DNA of 53,428 nucleotides from a virus (Duplodnaviria; Caudoviricetes): IMG/VR virus record IMGVR_UViG_3300032303_001488, positions 1 to 53,428 of that record; one strand, 5' to 3'. Shown piece by piece: positions 1 to 8,210 of this stretch (position 1 is its first letter; each line of letters starts with the position of its first letter). The notes under the pieces were generated by a model. It saw only the letters and a program-made list of their open reading frames with translations, ran no database searches and was not told where the DNA came from. The position numbers and the translations under genes were made by a program.

Positions 1-16
1 AGACCGCGAGGAAGAA

Positions 17-283
17 GTGAGCGACATCATCCGAAAGTACCGCACCGGGGCATGGCAACGGGCCGAGGGCAAAGACCCCGAGGGCGGGTTGAACGCCAAG
101 GGCCGTGCGGCCTACAACCGGGAAACCGGCGGCAATCTCAAAGCTCCGCAGCCCGAGGGCGGGCCGAGGAAGAAGTCTTTTTGCGCAAGGATGGAAGGCA
201 TGAAGCGCAAATTAACCAGCAAGGAGACTGCCGCCGACCCCGACTCTCGCATTAACAAGAGCCTGCGGGCGTGGGACTGCTAA
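17..283 (+). CDS. Small basic phage protein (DUF6321-like)
   Basis: GKDPEGGLNAKGRA...RKKSFCARM...DPDSRINKSLRAW resembles a widespread aquatic-phage family (from recall); frame is open back to position 2. Confidence 0.75.
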   Translation: MSDIIRKYRTGAWQRAEGKDPEGGLNAKGRAAYNRETGGNLKAPQPEGGPRKKSFCARMEGMKRKLTSKETAADPDSRINKSLRAWDC

Positions 284-1168
284 TCACTTGGCCCTGCGAA
301 TAGGCTGCGGCCCCTCGGGCATGTCGAGCAACGTCTGGTCGAGGTAGTGTTTCCAGACGAGCTTTGGATCACTGTGCGAGAGGTAGTCGCTGGCCTGCCC
401 CGGCGACTTCTTGTGGACATAGGTTGCACAGCTACGCCGCAGAAACTTCGACGAGCCGCTAATCTTGTGTTCTGCTAAAAACCGCTGCCACATCACGAAC
501 GCCCGCCGCCGTGGGACTGCCCATTTGAATAGCGTCCCATCCGTCGAGTAGGTGAATAGCCGCCCCACTTCGTCGGCTGTGTCCTCTGATATGCGGCGAA
601 TCGTCGTCTTGCCGGTCTTGCCCGCCGTGACGGCCACGCAGTCGTTGCGGAACGACCTAATCGTCAGGCCGTGAACGTCGGCAAACCGCAACCCAGTATC
701 AAAAGCCACGCCAATCCAAGCTGGCAGGATCATGCTCCGCGTAACTTGAGGCACCCGCAGGCTCACAGGTGTCTCATCTTGGCCAGCCAGGGCAAGAATT
801 TTCTCTAGCGTTTGCATGCTCCACGCCTCCACAGGTCGCGCCCTGACCTTAATCCGGTGCAGCCGCAGCGGGGGGTTGCTGGACAGGTCGCGGTCGAACG
901 CCCAACGCCAGAGAGTGAGGATTTCGCGGCGTATGTTGTGCCGCGTTGCAGGGGTGCATTTCATCTCTGCGAGGGCATTATTGACGGCTTCCGCGCACAG
1001 TTGACGAACTCGGAGCAATCCGTAGACTCCAAACTTCCGCGCTGTCCGAAGGAGATTTGCGCGGTAGCCGTCACTAGCTGAATTTTCTGCCGCGTATGAA
1101 GCGGCCAACTCAACGATTGTCATGGAGGATGGGGTTGTGTCTAGCGAAGAAAATGGGCTTACGAACAT
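284..1168 (-). CDS. int: Tyrosine recombinase (phage integrase)
   Basis: Catalytic motifs DTGLRFADV (R), KFLRRSCATY (HxxR position with K for H), LSHSD (H) and KHY (Y); next to attP-like tRNA fragment; start may be the ATG at 1123. Confidence 0.9.
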   Translation of the reverse strand: MFVSPFSSLDTTPSSMTIVELAASYAAENSASDGYRANLLRTARKFGVYGLLRVRQLCAEAVNNALAEMKCTPATRHNIRREILTLWRWAFDRDLSSNPPLRLHRIKVRARPVEAWSMQTLEKILALAGQDETPVSLRVPQVTRSMILPAWIGVAFDTGLRFADVHGLTIRSFRNDCVAVTAGKTGKTTIRRISEDTADEVGRLFTYSTDGTLFKWAVPRRRAFVMWQRFLAEHKISGSSKFLRRSCATYVHKKSPGQASDYLSHSDPKLVWKHYLDQTLLDMPEGPQPIRRAK

Positions 1169-2159
1169 AGTTTCGGACTCCGGGGGGGCGACCCCTCAAA
1201 AGAAAATTCCTTGCCCCCAAAAAGTGGATTACTCCAACGGAGTACGCCCTTCTGAGGGGGAGATTCGCCCAGCCAGCAATCAGCTTCCCAAGCTGGATGT
1301 CGAGGGTTCGAGTCCCTTCGCCCGCTCTTTCGGTCGTCAGAAAAACTTCGTTTCGCTGACAGCGGAACCGTCGATCCAGTACCACTCTTGGCCAGAGCCA
1401 TCTTGCTCTGACTTGAAGTTGCTGGACGAATCTCCAGTTGCATACTACGAGCGCAAAGTCGCCCGTATAGCCCCCCCCCGTTCTGGCGAGGCTTTGGCCT
1501 ACGGAACGCTTTTGCATTTGTGGGGCGAGGTTGGCGACAAGGACTTTTGGGCACGCGCTCAGATTTGTCCAGACAGTTGCGCGACCTCAACTGGCGCGTG
1601 GGGCAAGGCGACCGATGCGTGGGCGCGAGAGCTTCCACCAGAGGTGATCCCGCTGTGCCCCGCTGACGGTCACAAGCTCCGCGCACAGACGCGGCAGATA
1701 CTCGCCAACCCTGCGGCAAAAAAGTTGATCGCCTCTGCGGTCATTAAGGAAGCAAACGTCAGATGGAAGTGGAACGGCCACCTCGTCCGGTGCCGATTTG
1801 ACGGCGCAACTGACGAGTGCTGGTGGGACTTAAAAACCACCCGCGACCAGAAGCCGTTGGAATCTTTTTGGCAGAGCGTCAAGCAGTACCGCTACGACAT
1901 GCAAGCGGCCATGTATGAGTCGGCCATGGTGGCATGTGGCTGGGACTACCACCCGCTTGTTTTCATAGCCACTTCCACAACGTACCCGTACCACTGCTCT
2001 GTGGTAACGCTGCCGCCCTCTGTGACTGCCAGAGGGAAGGCCCGCTGTCTGCGGCTCCTCGACGAGCTTGAGACGCGCATCGACTTCGACCACTGGTTGC
2101 CCAACGACTACGGGCAAATCCAAGAACTTCCCTGTCCCCGTTTCTTCAAGGAGAGCTAG
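1122..2159 (+). CDS. PD-(D/E)XK exonuclease, RecE/exonuclease VIII (DUF3799)-like
   Basis: YH..S.S.LK....SP..Y N-terminus, GTLLH, RCRFD, WDLKTT and YRYDMQAAMY motifs; upstream of ERF-like gene; start codon uncertain. Confidence 0.85.
   Translation: MEDGVVSSEENGLTNIVSDSGGATPQKKIPCPQKVDYSNGVRPSEGEIRPASNQLPKLDVEGSSPFARSFGRQKNFVSLTAEPSIQYHSWPEPSCSDLKLLDESPVAYYERKVARIAPPRSGEALAYGTLLHLWGEVGDKDFWARAQICPDSCATSTGAWGKATDAWARELPPEVIPLCPADGHKLRAQTRQILANPAAKKLIASAVIKEANVRWKWNGHLVRCRFDGATDECWWDLKTTRDQKPLESFWQSVKQYRYDMQAAMYESAMVACGWDYHPLVFIATSTTYPYHCSVVTLPPSVTARGKARCLRLLDELETRIDFDHWLPNDYGQIQELPCPRFFKES
1280..1326 (+). other. attP core candidate: 3' half of tRNA-Gly(CCC)
   Basis: Anticodon arm CAGC-TTCCCAA-GCTG (1281-1295), T-arm GAGGG-TTCGAGT-CCCTT (1302-1318), acceptor 3' strand CGCCCGC-T; no D-arm or 5' acceptor strand upstream; adjacent to integrase. 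Confidence 0.85.
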
Positions 2160-2161
2160 TT

Positions 2162-2818
2162 ATGGAAATAGGTATTCGACCAGCCCGCAAAATCTTCCTT
2201 TACCGGGAGAAGTCTGACCGTACCGGCGAACTAATTACGGCACTGGCCCAAGCAACATTGGCGTTCCTGCCCATTGAGCGGGACACAGATGGCGAGTTTG
2301 GGCGGTATGCCAGCCTGCCATCGCTGCACAAGTCCACCAAGACGCAGTGTGCCGAGGTCGGGCTGGTTGTTACCGGCGAGACAATGCCCATCGACGGCGT
2401 TATCCACCTGACCGCCACACTATCGCATGGCCCGTCCGACCAGTGGATGTCTAGCACTGTGGGCATCAGCAACTTGGGTGACATCCGCAGGACGCTGGCC
2501 GACATCGGCTGGTGGAGGAGGACGCACTACGCCCTGCTCCTCAACTTGACCGCCGAAGCCGAGGGTGAGTCGCTGCCGCCTAGCCCCGGCGATGACGGCG
2601 AAGCCCCTGCCGCCACCAACGCCGATTGGCTTGTCCAGCAGCAACTCGCCGTCGATGCCATCTCTACGGCCACGACAGAGGCCCGCGTCAACAAGCTGCT
2701 CGCCCGCGTGCGCGACAAGATCGCCGCCGGGGACATGAACCCCAACGGGCTTGGTGCCCTCGAACGGTTGGGCAAAGACCGCTGTGAAGCCATCCACAAG
2801 GAGAGGAACCCCGAATGA
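2162..2818 (+). CDS. ERF-like single-strand annealing protein
   Basis: ELITALAQA, RYASL, LTATLSHG.SDQWMSS and WRRTHYALL resemble a diverged ERF domain; paired with an exonuclease. Confidence 0.7.
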   Translation: MEIGIRPARKIFLYREKSDRTGELITALAQATLAFLPIERDTDGEFGRYASLPSLHKSTKTQCAEVGLVVTGETMPIDGVIHLTATLSHGPSDQWMSSTVGISNLGDIRRTLADIGWWRRTHYALLLNLTAEAEGESLPPSPGDDGEAPAATNADWLVQQQLAVDAISTATTEARVNKLLARVRDKIAAGDMNPNGLGALERLGKDRCEAIHKERNPE

Positions 2819-3219
2819 TTGATGCCGCTGAATACATCCAGCTTCGCCAGAGAGTTCTTATCGCTGCCGAGGCTGCACACAGGATCGCTTCCAGCCCCCA
2901 TCAGACAGTGTTCTACGACGAGGAAATGTTCGGCCTCGTCATGGACGCGATGCTCAATCTCAAAACCGACATACGCAAATTAGTAGCAGAGTGCCAAATC
3001 CTGAGAGGAGAGATAAGTGAACGACTTGTACCTGTTATGGGAAGCCTGCCAGCACCGGAAGATCAGCCACGTAGCGAAGGAGAACGGCTACACGACGCAG
3101 GGCCTCCTGTCGGAGTTCCGGCAAGCGGGCCTGACGGGGCGGGAGGAAGCCGACCCAAGCCCCGAGGAAATAAGGGCAGGAACCGAAAGGTTCAGAAAAA
3201 GCTGGAGTCCACAGGTTGA
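2815..3219 (+). CDS. Hypothetical protein
   Basis: ATGA overlap with upstream stop, AGGAGAGG RBS; low-complexity C-terminus overlaps next ORF. Confidence 0.65.
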   Translation: MIDAAEYIQLRQRVLIAAEAAHRIASSPHQTVFYDEEMFGLVMDAMLNLKTDIRKLVAECQILRGEISERLVPVMGSLPAPEDQPRSEGERLHDAGPPVGVPASGPDGAGGSRPKPRGNKGRNRKVQKKLESTG

Positions 3220-3250
3220 AGAGGCCCGCTGGATCGGGCGGCACAGGTAG
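3017..3250 (+). CDS. Hypothetical protein, possibly HTH-like, overlapping previous gene
   Basis: GAGGAG upstream of GTG; ordered-looking sequence with DPSPEEIRA...W motif. Confidence 0.55.
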   Translation: MNDLYLLWEACQHRKISHVAKENGYTTQGLLSEFRQAGLTGREEADPSPEEIRAGTERFRKSWSPQVEEARWIGRHR

Positions 3251-3319
3251 TAGCTCGGGTTGATTGTGGCCGGGGATCGGCCAGCGATGGATCGCGGAAC
3301 TTAGGGAGGAGTTGGCGGC

Positions 3320-4876
3320 ATGAGTGAATTGCTGTTTCCCGAGATGCAGTCGGCGGGGTCACATTCTCCCCTGCTAACGCTGCGACCATACCAGCGGCAG
3401 GCTGTCGTTCGCGTAGTCACGACCTTGAGCGATGCTCGGGCGTGTCTGGTGATCGCTGCCACTGGCGTGGGCAAGACGGAGATTATCTGTTCACTCATTG
3501 ACACAATGGACGGCCTCACCGATGGGGCCTTGGTGATAAGCCCCCTCAAAGACCTAACCTCGCAAACAGCAGCGCGGCTACGGTCTAGGGGGGTGCCGTG
3601 CGGGGTGGAACAGGGCACCAACAAATCGGGCGCAACTGTAACCGTCGCTTGCTACAACTCCCTGCTCTCACGGGGCCGGTATCAAAAGTACCTGGGGGTC
3701 ACGAAGCTGGTGGTCGTGGACGAGGTTCACTTGAACTTCTCCAAGCGCAGCCTCGCCATGCTGCAACAGTTCGTTGAGTCGGGGGCCAAGCTCGTCGGCC
3801 TTACCGCCAGCCCCAACAGAACAAAGGGCGACCCGCTCACATCGTTCTACGGGCCGGTGGCGTATGAGTACCACTATCGGCAGGCCGTGGATGACGGCTG
3901 GCTGGTGCCCGCGAAGGTCTGGCTGACCGTCATTGAAAGCCTCGACCTGTCGGCCTTCAAGAACGCATTTGGCGACTTCGATCCGGCCAAGCTCGCGGCC
4001 ATCATGCAGCGGGAAAAGACTGTGCAGGGCATCGCAGAGATGATCTACCAGCACCACGACAACCAGCCTTCGGTGGTGTTTGCCGCCAGCATCAAGCAGG
4101 CTGAGTTGATACAGGAGTTGTTGCACAGACGGGGCGTTTTGGCATCCATCGTTCACTCCAACATGGAGGCAGAAGAGCGGTCGTACAACCTTTATCTGTT
4201 TGAGAATGGCGACAACCACATCATCATCAACGTCGGGTGCCTGACCCTTGGGTGGGACTGCCCGAATGTCCGCAAACTCTTTATTGCCAGACCAACATCA
4301 TCAAGCTCCACCTATATCCAGATGTTCGGTCGCGGGACACGCGCGCTGTCGGGGACGGTGGACGGGCTGGCCACCCCCGAGCTACGCCGAGCGGCCATCG
4401 CTGCGTCTGCCAAGCCATATTTCGAGGTCTATGACATTACCGACACCTCCCGTCGCAACGACCTCTGCACATCCCTTGTTGTCCTGCGTCCCGACGTAGA
4501 CGGCGACTTGATGAAGAGAACCCGCAAGCAGGCCGAGAGGGCACCTAGAACGACCGAAGAGGTCGATGCCGTCGTGGAGGAGGAGAAGGCCCGTATGGCG
4601 GCAGAGCAGGCCGCTCTGGACGCCCTGACGGCAGATAAGCGGGCCAGCCTCACGGCCCGAGCCAAGCTGCGGCTATACGAGCGCGACCCTCACGCCCCCG
4701 CCGAGGCTGTCAGCAAGCCCAAGAACTACTCATACATGCCATTCGGCAAGCGTCACAGGGGCAAGCCACTGACCCAAGTGCCGGTTGACTATCTCCAGTG
4801 GGCACTCCGCGAAGCCAGCCTGTCCAAGGGGCTGCGAGAGGCCATCGAAAAGGAGGTCGGTCGCCGCCCCCGGTAA
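3320..4876 (+). CDS. Superfamily 2 DEAD/DEAH-box helicase with C-terminal DUF3820-like domain
   Basis: LRPYQ, ATGVGKT, VVVDEVH, LTASP, QMFGRGTR; C-terminal MPFGKRHRGKPLTQVPVDYLQW; GGGAGGAG RBS. Confidence 0.93.
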   Translation: MSELLFPEMQSAGSHSPLLTLRPYQRQAVVRVVTTLSDARACLVIAATGVGKTEIICSLIDTMDGLTDGALVISPLKDLTSQTAARLRSRGVPCGVEQGTNKSGATVTVACYNSLLSRGRYQKYLGVTKLVVVDEVHLNFSKRSLAMLQQFVESGAKLVGLTASPNRTKGDPLTSFYGPVAYEYHYRQAVDDGWLVPAKVWLTVIESLDLSAFKNAFGDFDPAKLAAIMQREKTVQGIAEMIYQHHDNQPSVVFAASIKQAELIQELLHRRGVLASIVHSNMEAEERSYNLYLFENGDNHIIINVGCLTLGWDCPNVRKLFIARPTSSSSTYIQMFGRGTRALSGTVDGLATPELRRAAIAASAKPYFEVYDITDTSRRNDLCTSLVVLRPDVDGDLMKRTRKQAERAPRTTEEVDAVVEEEKARMAAEQAALDALTADKRASLTARAKLRLYERDPHAPAEAVSKPKNYSYMPFGKRHRGKPLTQVPVDYLQWALREASLSKGLREAIEKEVGRRPR

Positions 4877-4959
4877 CACAATACACAGGTTGATAACGGC
4901 GGTTCATTTCCTCGCAGCACCCGCCTACTGCTAACCAAAAGCGCGAGCCTAAAGAAACG

Positions 4960-5151
4960 CCTGCCTACGCAGGAGCGGCTAGTCCGCACAAGGTAGTAGA
5001 CCCAGCACGAAATACCGGGCAACGGAACCGTACTCAGATCGGTGATGCCCCTACGTCCCGGTGGTGTTGAACTAGGCCAGATAAGGCTGGGCGAGCTTCC
5101 CAATACGGGACGACGAGAGGCTTCGGGCCTTCTCAGAACGGAAGGGGTCTA
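4960..5151 (+). ncRNA. Candidate structured RNA or replication-origin element
   Basis: ORF-poor gap 4877-5261; TAGACCC (4997-5003) pairs with GGGTCTA (5145-5151) and encloses three hairpins, one capped by TTCG. Confidence 0.45.
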
Positions 5152-5190
5152 GCCCCACCGTATCGCTGTGACTATGTGAATAACAATCCG

Positions 5191-5206
5191 GCTGGTAGCT
5201 CTTGAC
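5191..5206 (+). repeat. 16-bp direct repeat GCTGGTAGCTCTTGAC, copy 1
   Basis: Identical to 23572-23587; both lie just upstream of + strand genes. Confidence 0.75.
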
Positions 5207-5261
5207 AAGGTTTTAGAACATAGATGTATCCCGAGATTTACCCTTTTTACAGGACAGGACA

Positions 5262-5621
5262 ATGCAAGTAACGTACAAGCTGGCCAACTGCGAACTGACC
5301 GTCGAGGGGGCAGACGCCAAGGCCGTGTTCGATGAGATCGCTTCGGCCATCGAAGTGTTCGGTCACTCCCGCTGCGGGGCCTGTGACTCCGAGCGCACGG
5401 CCCTCGTCACGCGCGACTACGACGGTAACACGTACCGCGAGATCAAGTGCCAGGACTGCGGCAGCGTCCTCGGGTTGGGCCAGCGGAAGGACGGCAAGCT
5501 GTTCCCCCGCCGCAAGGACAAGGACGGCAACTGGCTCTCCAATAACGGCTGGGCCAAGTGGGGCAACCGTCAGGTCGAGGACGAGATCGACGATCCGTTC
5601 CTCAAGGGGGGCAAGCGTTGA
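5262..5621 (+). CDS. Zinc-ribbon protein with acidic DDPF tail (possible ssDNA-binding function)
   Basis: CGAC...CQDC; C-terminal EDEIDDPF; AGGA RBS. Confidence 0.7.
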   Translation: MQVTYKLANCELTVEGADAKAVFDEIASAIEVFGHSRCGACDSERTALVTRDYDGNTYREIKCQDCGSVLGLGQRKDGKLFPRRKDKDGNWLSNNGWAKWGNRQVEDEIDDPFLKGGKR

Positions 5622-6151
5622 AGCCCGACGCCGTTTTCAAGGAGAACCTGCGCCAAGCCGAGGCCGTGGAGCGTCTGCTCTACACCCTGCTGTCCCCTCT
5701 CAACCATGAGTTACGGCCCAAGAAGCCGGTGGTTGACGAAGGGGGTGCGGTGATTGGGTTCCAAGACGACGGCGACATGACGTTCGTTGGGCGGGTTGAG
5801 TGCAAACAACGGCGGCTCAAGTTCACAAGTGCCGCCGACTTTCCGTTCAAGACAGTGTTGATTGACGAGGTCTACAAGCTGCGCCAGCCGCATGTCACAG
5901 AGGGTATGTGGGAGCAATTCACATGGGCAGAACAACTAGCCCACATCAAGTGGTTCCACTCCTACTGGATTGTGTCTAGCGATATGCGGTACGCCGCAGT
6001 TATTAAGCCCAGCACCAAGTGCCACTGGAAGATGCGGACGGTGACAGACAGCACAGAGGGGCGACAGTGCGTGAACTACGAGTGCCCGGTCGAACACTGT
6101 CAGTGGGTTTCGCTGACGCCGCAAGGAGTGAGGCAAGCCCTATGTCAGTGA
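5618..6151 (+). CDS. Hypothetical protein, possible PD-(D/E)XK nuclease fold
   Basis: TTG start overlapping upstream stop; DDGD...VECKQR motif. Confidence 0.6.
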   Translation: MKPDAVFKENLRQAEAVERLLYTLLSPLNHELRPKKPVVDEGGAVIGFQDDGDMTFVGRVECKQRRLKFTSAADFPFKTVLIDEVYKLRQPHVTEGMWEQFTWAEQLAHIKWFHSYWIVSSDMRYAAVIKPSTKCHWKMRTVTDSTEGRQCVNYECPVEHCQWVSLTPQGVRQALCQ

Positions 6152-6390
6152 TCCCCGACGAACCCCCGGCCTGCTGCGGCAACTGCCGCTTCTATGTGCC
6201 CATAGACCCACAGGCTGATCCCGACGACCTCGAAGTATCCGGCGACCACAAGCCGGGAGAGATTGGTAGGTGTACCCGCTACCCACCACAGTTTTTCTAC
6301 CCCAAGCTGCTGAACGCCGAGTTCCCGGTGGTGGGTGAGCAGATTATCTGCGGCGAGTTCAAGCTGCACCCCGAGTTGGAGCTTCACTGA
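6142..6390 (+). CDS. Small cysteine-rich phage protein
   Basis: CCGNCRFY...CTRYPP...CGEF pattern. Confidence 0.7.
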   Translation: MSVIPDEPPACCGNCRFYVPIDPQADPDDLEVSGDHKPGEIGRCTRYPPQFFYPKLLNAEFPVVGEQIICGEFKLHPELELH

Positions 6391-6869
6391 TGCTGCACAT
6401 TCAGTGCTTTGATTCACCACCCCGAAGCCTGCTGCCCATGGCCTTCGATTTGGCCCGCTTGTGCAAGCATGGCAGCGAAATGCAAGAGCTTTTCCGCAGC
6501 GTTGCCAACCAGCAAAGGCTGCCCCCCGCCGCTTTTTCCATGCACATCGCGGTAGCGTATGTCCTCGACGAGGAGGGCGGGTTGGAGCCGTGGGGGTGGG
6601 CCGCATTGACCATGTGGGACGGCCAGCTCTGCCTCCAACAGTTCGTCGCACCGGAGAAAAGAGGCCGGTATCTAGCGACTGCCCTGACCACTGCGCTGTT
6701 TCTGGACAGAGGGTGTCCAGAAAGCCTGTGCGTGTTCGCGCCCGAGACAGCCCGTATAGCCACACGCCTTGGAGTAGCTGACGTTCGGCTATTCAAGAGA
6801 GTCGAGGACGGCTGGATTAGGAGCGAATGGAGTGCAGACGCAACAGCAAGAGGAGATGACCCCCGGTGA
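6390..6869 (+). CDS. GNAT-like acetyltransferase
   Basis: FVAPEKRGRYLATAL resembles GNAT motif A (V.P..RG.G.A..L). Confidence 0.6.
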   Translation: MLHIQCFDSPPRSLLPMAFDLARLCKHGSEMQELFRSVANQQRLPPAAFSMHIAVAYVLDEEGGLEPWGWAALTMWDGQLCLQQFVAPEKRGRYLATALTTALFLDRGCPESLCVFAPETARIATRLGVADVRLFKRVEDGWIRSEWSADATARGDDPR

Positions 6870-7221
6870 ATACATGCTGCTACACGACTGCTGTGCCGTG
6901 TGTCACTGGCCTGCCCAGCGGCGGGGTAGGTGGATGGAGTTGCACCACATCGTCGGCGGCTCGGGCCGCAAGGATGCTGAGATCAATTACGTTTGTCTGT
7001 GCTGTCGCTGCCACCATGCCGTCCACAACAAGCTGCCGGATGGCTACGGCGAGATACCCAAGGGGGCTGTTCTGGCCGCCAAGCTGGAGGCAGACGGTGC
7101 CGTGGACGAAGCCGGTCTGGCTGCGCTCCGGGGCCGAAAGGCTCTGCCGTATGACATCTGCCCGATTCCCGACGCCTACCTAGAGGATCGCCGCCGTAAC
7201 GGTGGAATACCATGGCCATAA
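6856..7221 (+). CDS. HNH endonuclease
   Basis: CAVC...ELHHIVGG...NYVCLCCRCHHAVH. Confidence 0.85.
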   Translation: MTPGEYMLLHDCCAVCHWPAQRRGRWMELHHIVGGSGRKDAEINYVCLCCRCHHAVHNKLPDGYGEIPKGAVLAAKLEADGAVDEAGLAALRGRKALPYDICPIPDAYLEDRRRNGGIPWP

Positions 7222-7613
7222 ATTCACGCCAGAAGGGCAAGACAGGCGAACTTGAAATTGTCCGCATACTCAAAGAACTATTCGGTTGGAGCGGCAGGCG
7301 CACACAACAGTTCTCGGGATGGGCCAAGGGCGGCGCGAGTGCTGACATCTACGTTGACCAGACCCCCGACCTGTTCTACGAAATCAAAAGAGTTGAGCGG
7401 CTGAATATCAATAACGCCATGGCTCTGGCGGTAGAGCAGGCCGACCGCAAATGCCCAGTAGTCCTACACAGGATCAACCGCAGTCCCGATTGGTTGCTGA
7501 CGATCCGGCTTCAAGACCTACCCCGACTCGCCCACTCCTACGACGCGGCGGTGAACTGTGCCTACACCAGCGGAAATCAAGCGGACGATACGGTGGCTGC
7601 GAAAACACTTTAA
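7212..7613 (+). CDS. Holliday-junction resolvase-like PD-(D/E)XK nuclease
   Basis: NSRQKGKTGELE...ADI...YEIKRVERLNI. Confidence 0.75.
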   Translation: MAINSRQKGKTGELEIVRILKELFGWSGRRTQQFSGWAKGGASADIYVDQTPDLFYEIKRVERLNINNAMALAVEQADRKCPVVLHRINRSPDWLLTIRLQDLPRLAHSYDAAVNCAYTSGNQADDTVAAKTL

Positions 7614-7869
7614 GCCCCGCACCCCGGTGGTAGTGCGTGTCGTGGATACCCTGCCGGGGTGCCATGGCATCTGCTACATCGGGGATGGGCGGGCACTTAT
7701 ACGGATAGCCAGGGCAACAAAGGCCGTCATGGATGACACCCTCATCGAAGAGTTCGCCCATGTCCTACGGCACGACTGCCCGCTGCCCATAATCAACGAT
7801 CACGACGCCCTTTTCTGGAGCATATATGGCTACATCCAAGCCAAGTGGCGCGGCGAAGAACCATCCTGA
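7558..7869 (+). CDS. Hypothetical protein with degenerate zincin-like motif
   Basis: TLIEEFAHV...HDALFW resembles HExxH...H with the first His replaced. Confidence 0.6.
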   Translation: MPTPAEIKRTIRWLRKHFKPRTPVVVRVVDTLPGCHGICYIGDGRALIRIARATKAVMDDTLIEEFAHVLRHDCPLPIINDHDALFWSIYGYIQAKWRGEEPS

Positions 7870-7907
7870 CCAAGTCTGTCAAGGCAACTGTTGCAATAGG
7901 TGTAAAA

Positions 7908-8210
7908 ATGTCATGCGAGAATTGGTGGCACAAGCCCTGTCCGAAGTCATCTGCACAGGAGCCACCGGAAACCACTGGTTCCGACCCCCTGCCCCTCCCC
8001 TCAAACCCAGTGACGCCGAACCACTATCGGCAGCACCCATCGGGGGTGGAAGCGATCCAAATTACTGAGCATTTCAGTTTCAATTTGGGTAACGTAATCA
8101 AATACGTATGGCGGGCCGACCACAAGAACGGGCTGGAGGATTTGGAGAAAGCCCGCTGGTATCTGGATAGGGAAATCCAACGGAGGCGACGAGAGAATGG
8201 ACACTCTTGA
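7908..8210 (+). CDS. DUF3310 (SaV-like) protein
   Basis: PNHY...EAIQI...FNLGNVIKYVWRADHKNGLEDLEKARWYL. Confidence 0.9.
   Translation: MSCENWWHKPCPKSSAQEPPETTGSDPLPLPSNPVTPNHYRQHPSGVEAIQITEHFSFNLGNVIKYVWRADHKNGLEDLEKARWYLDREIQRRRRENGHS

Noticed and set aside
1255-1330. Complete tRNA-Gly gene
   Set aside because: Only the anticodon arm, T-arm and 3' acceptor strand are present; no D-arm or matching 5' acceptor strand, so it was called attP instead
1110-1517. Minus-strand ORF across attP
   Set aside because: Contains the standard antisense translation of a tRNA (RAGEGTRTLDIQLGKL); no other support
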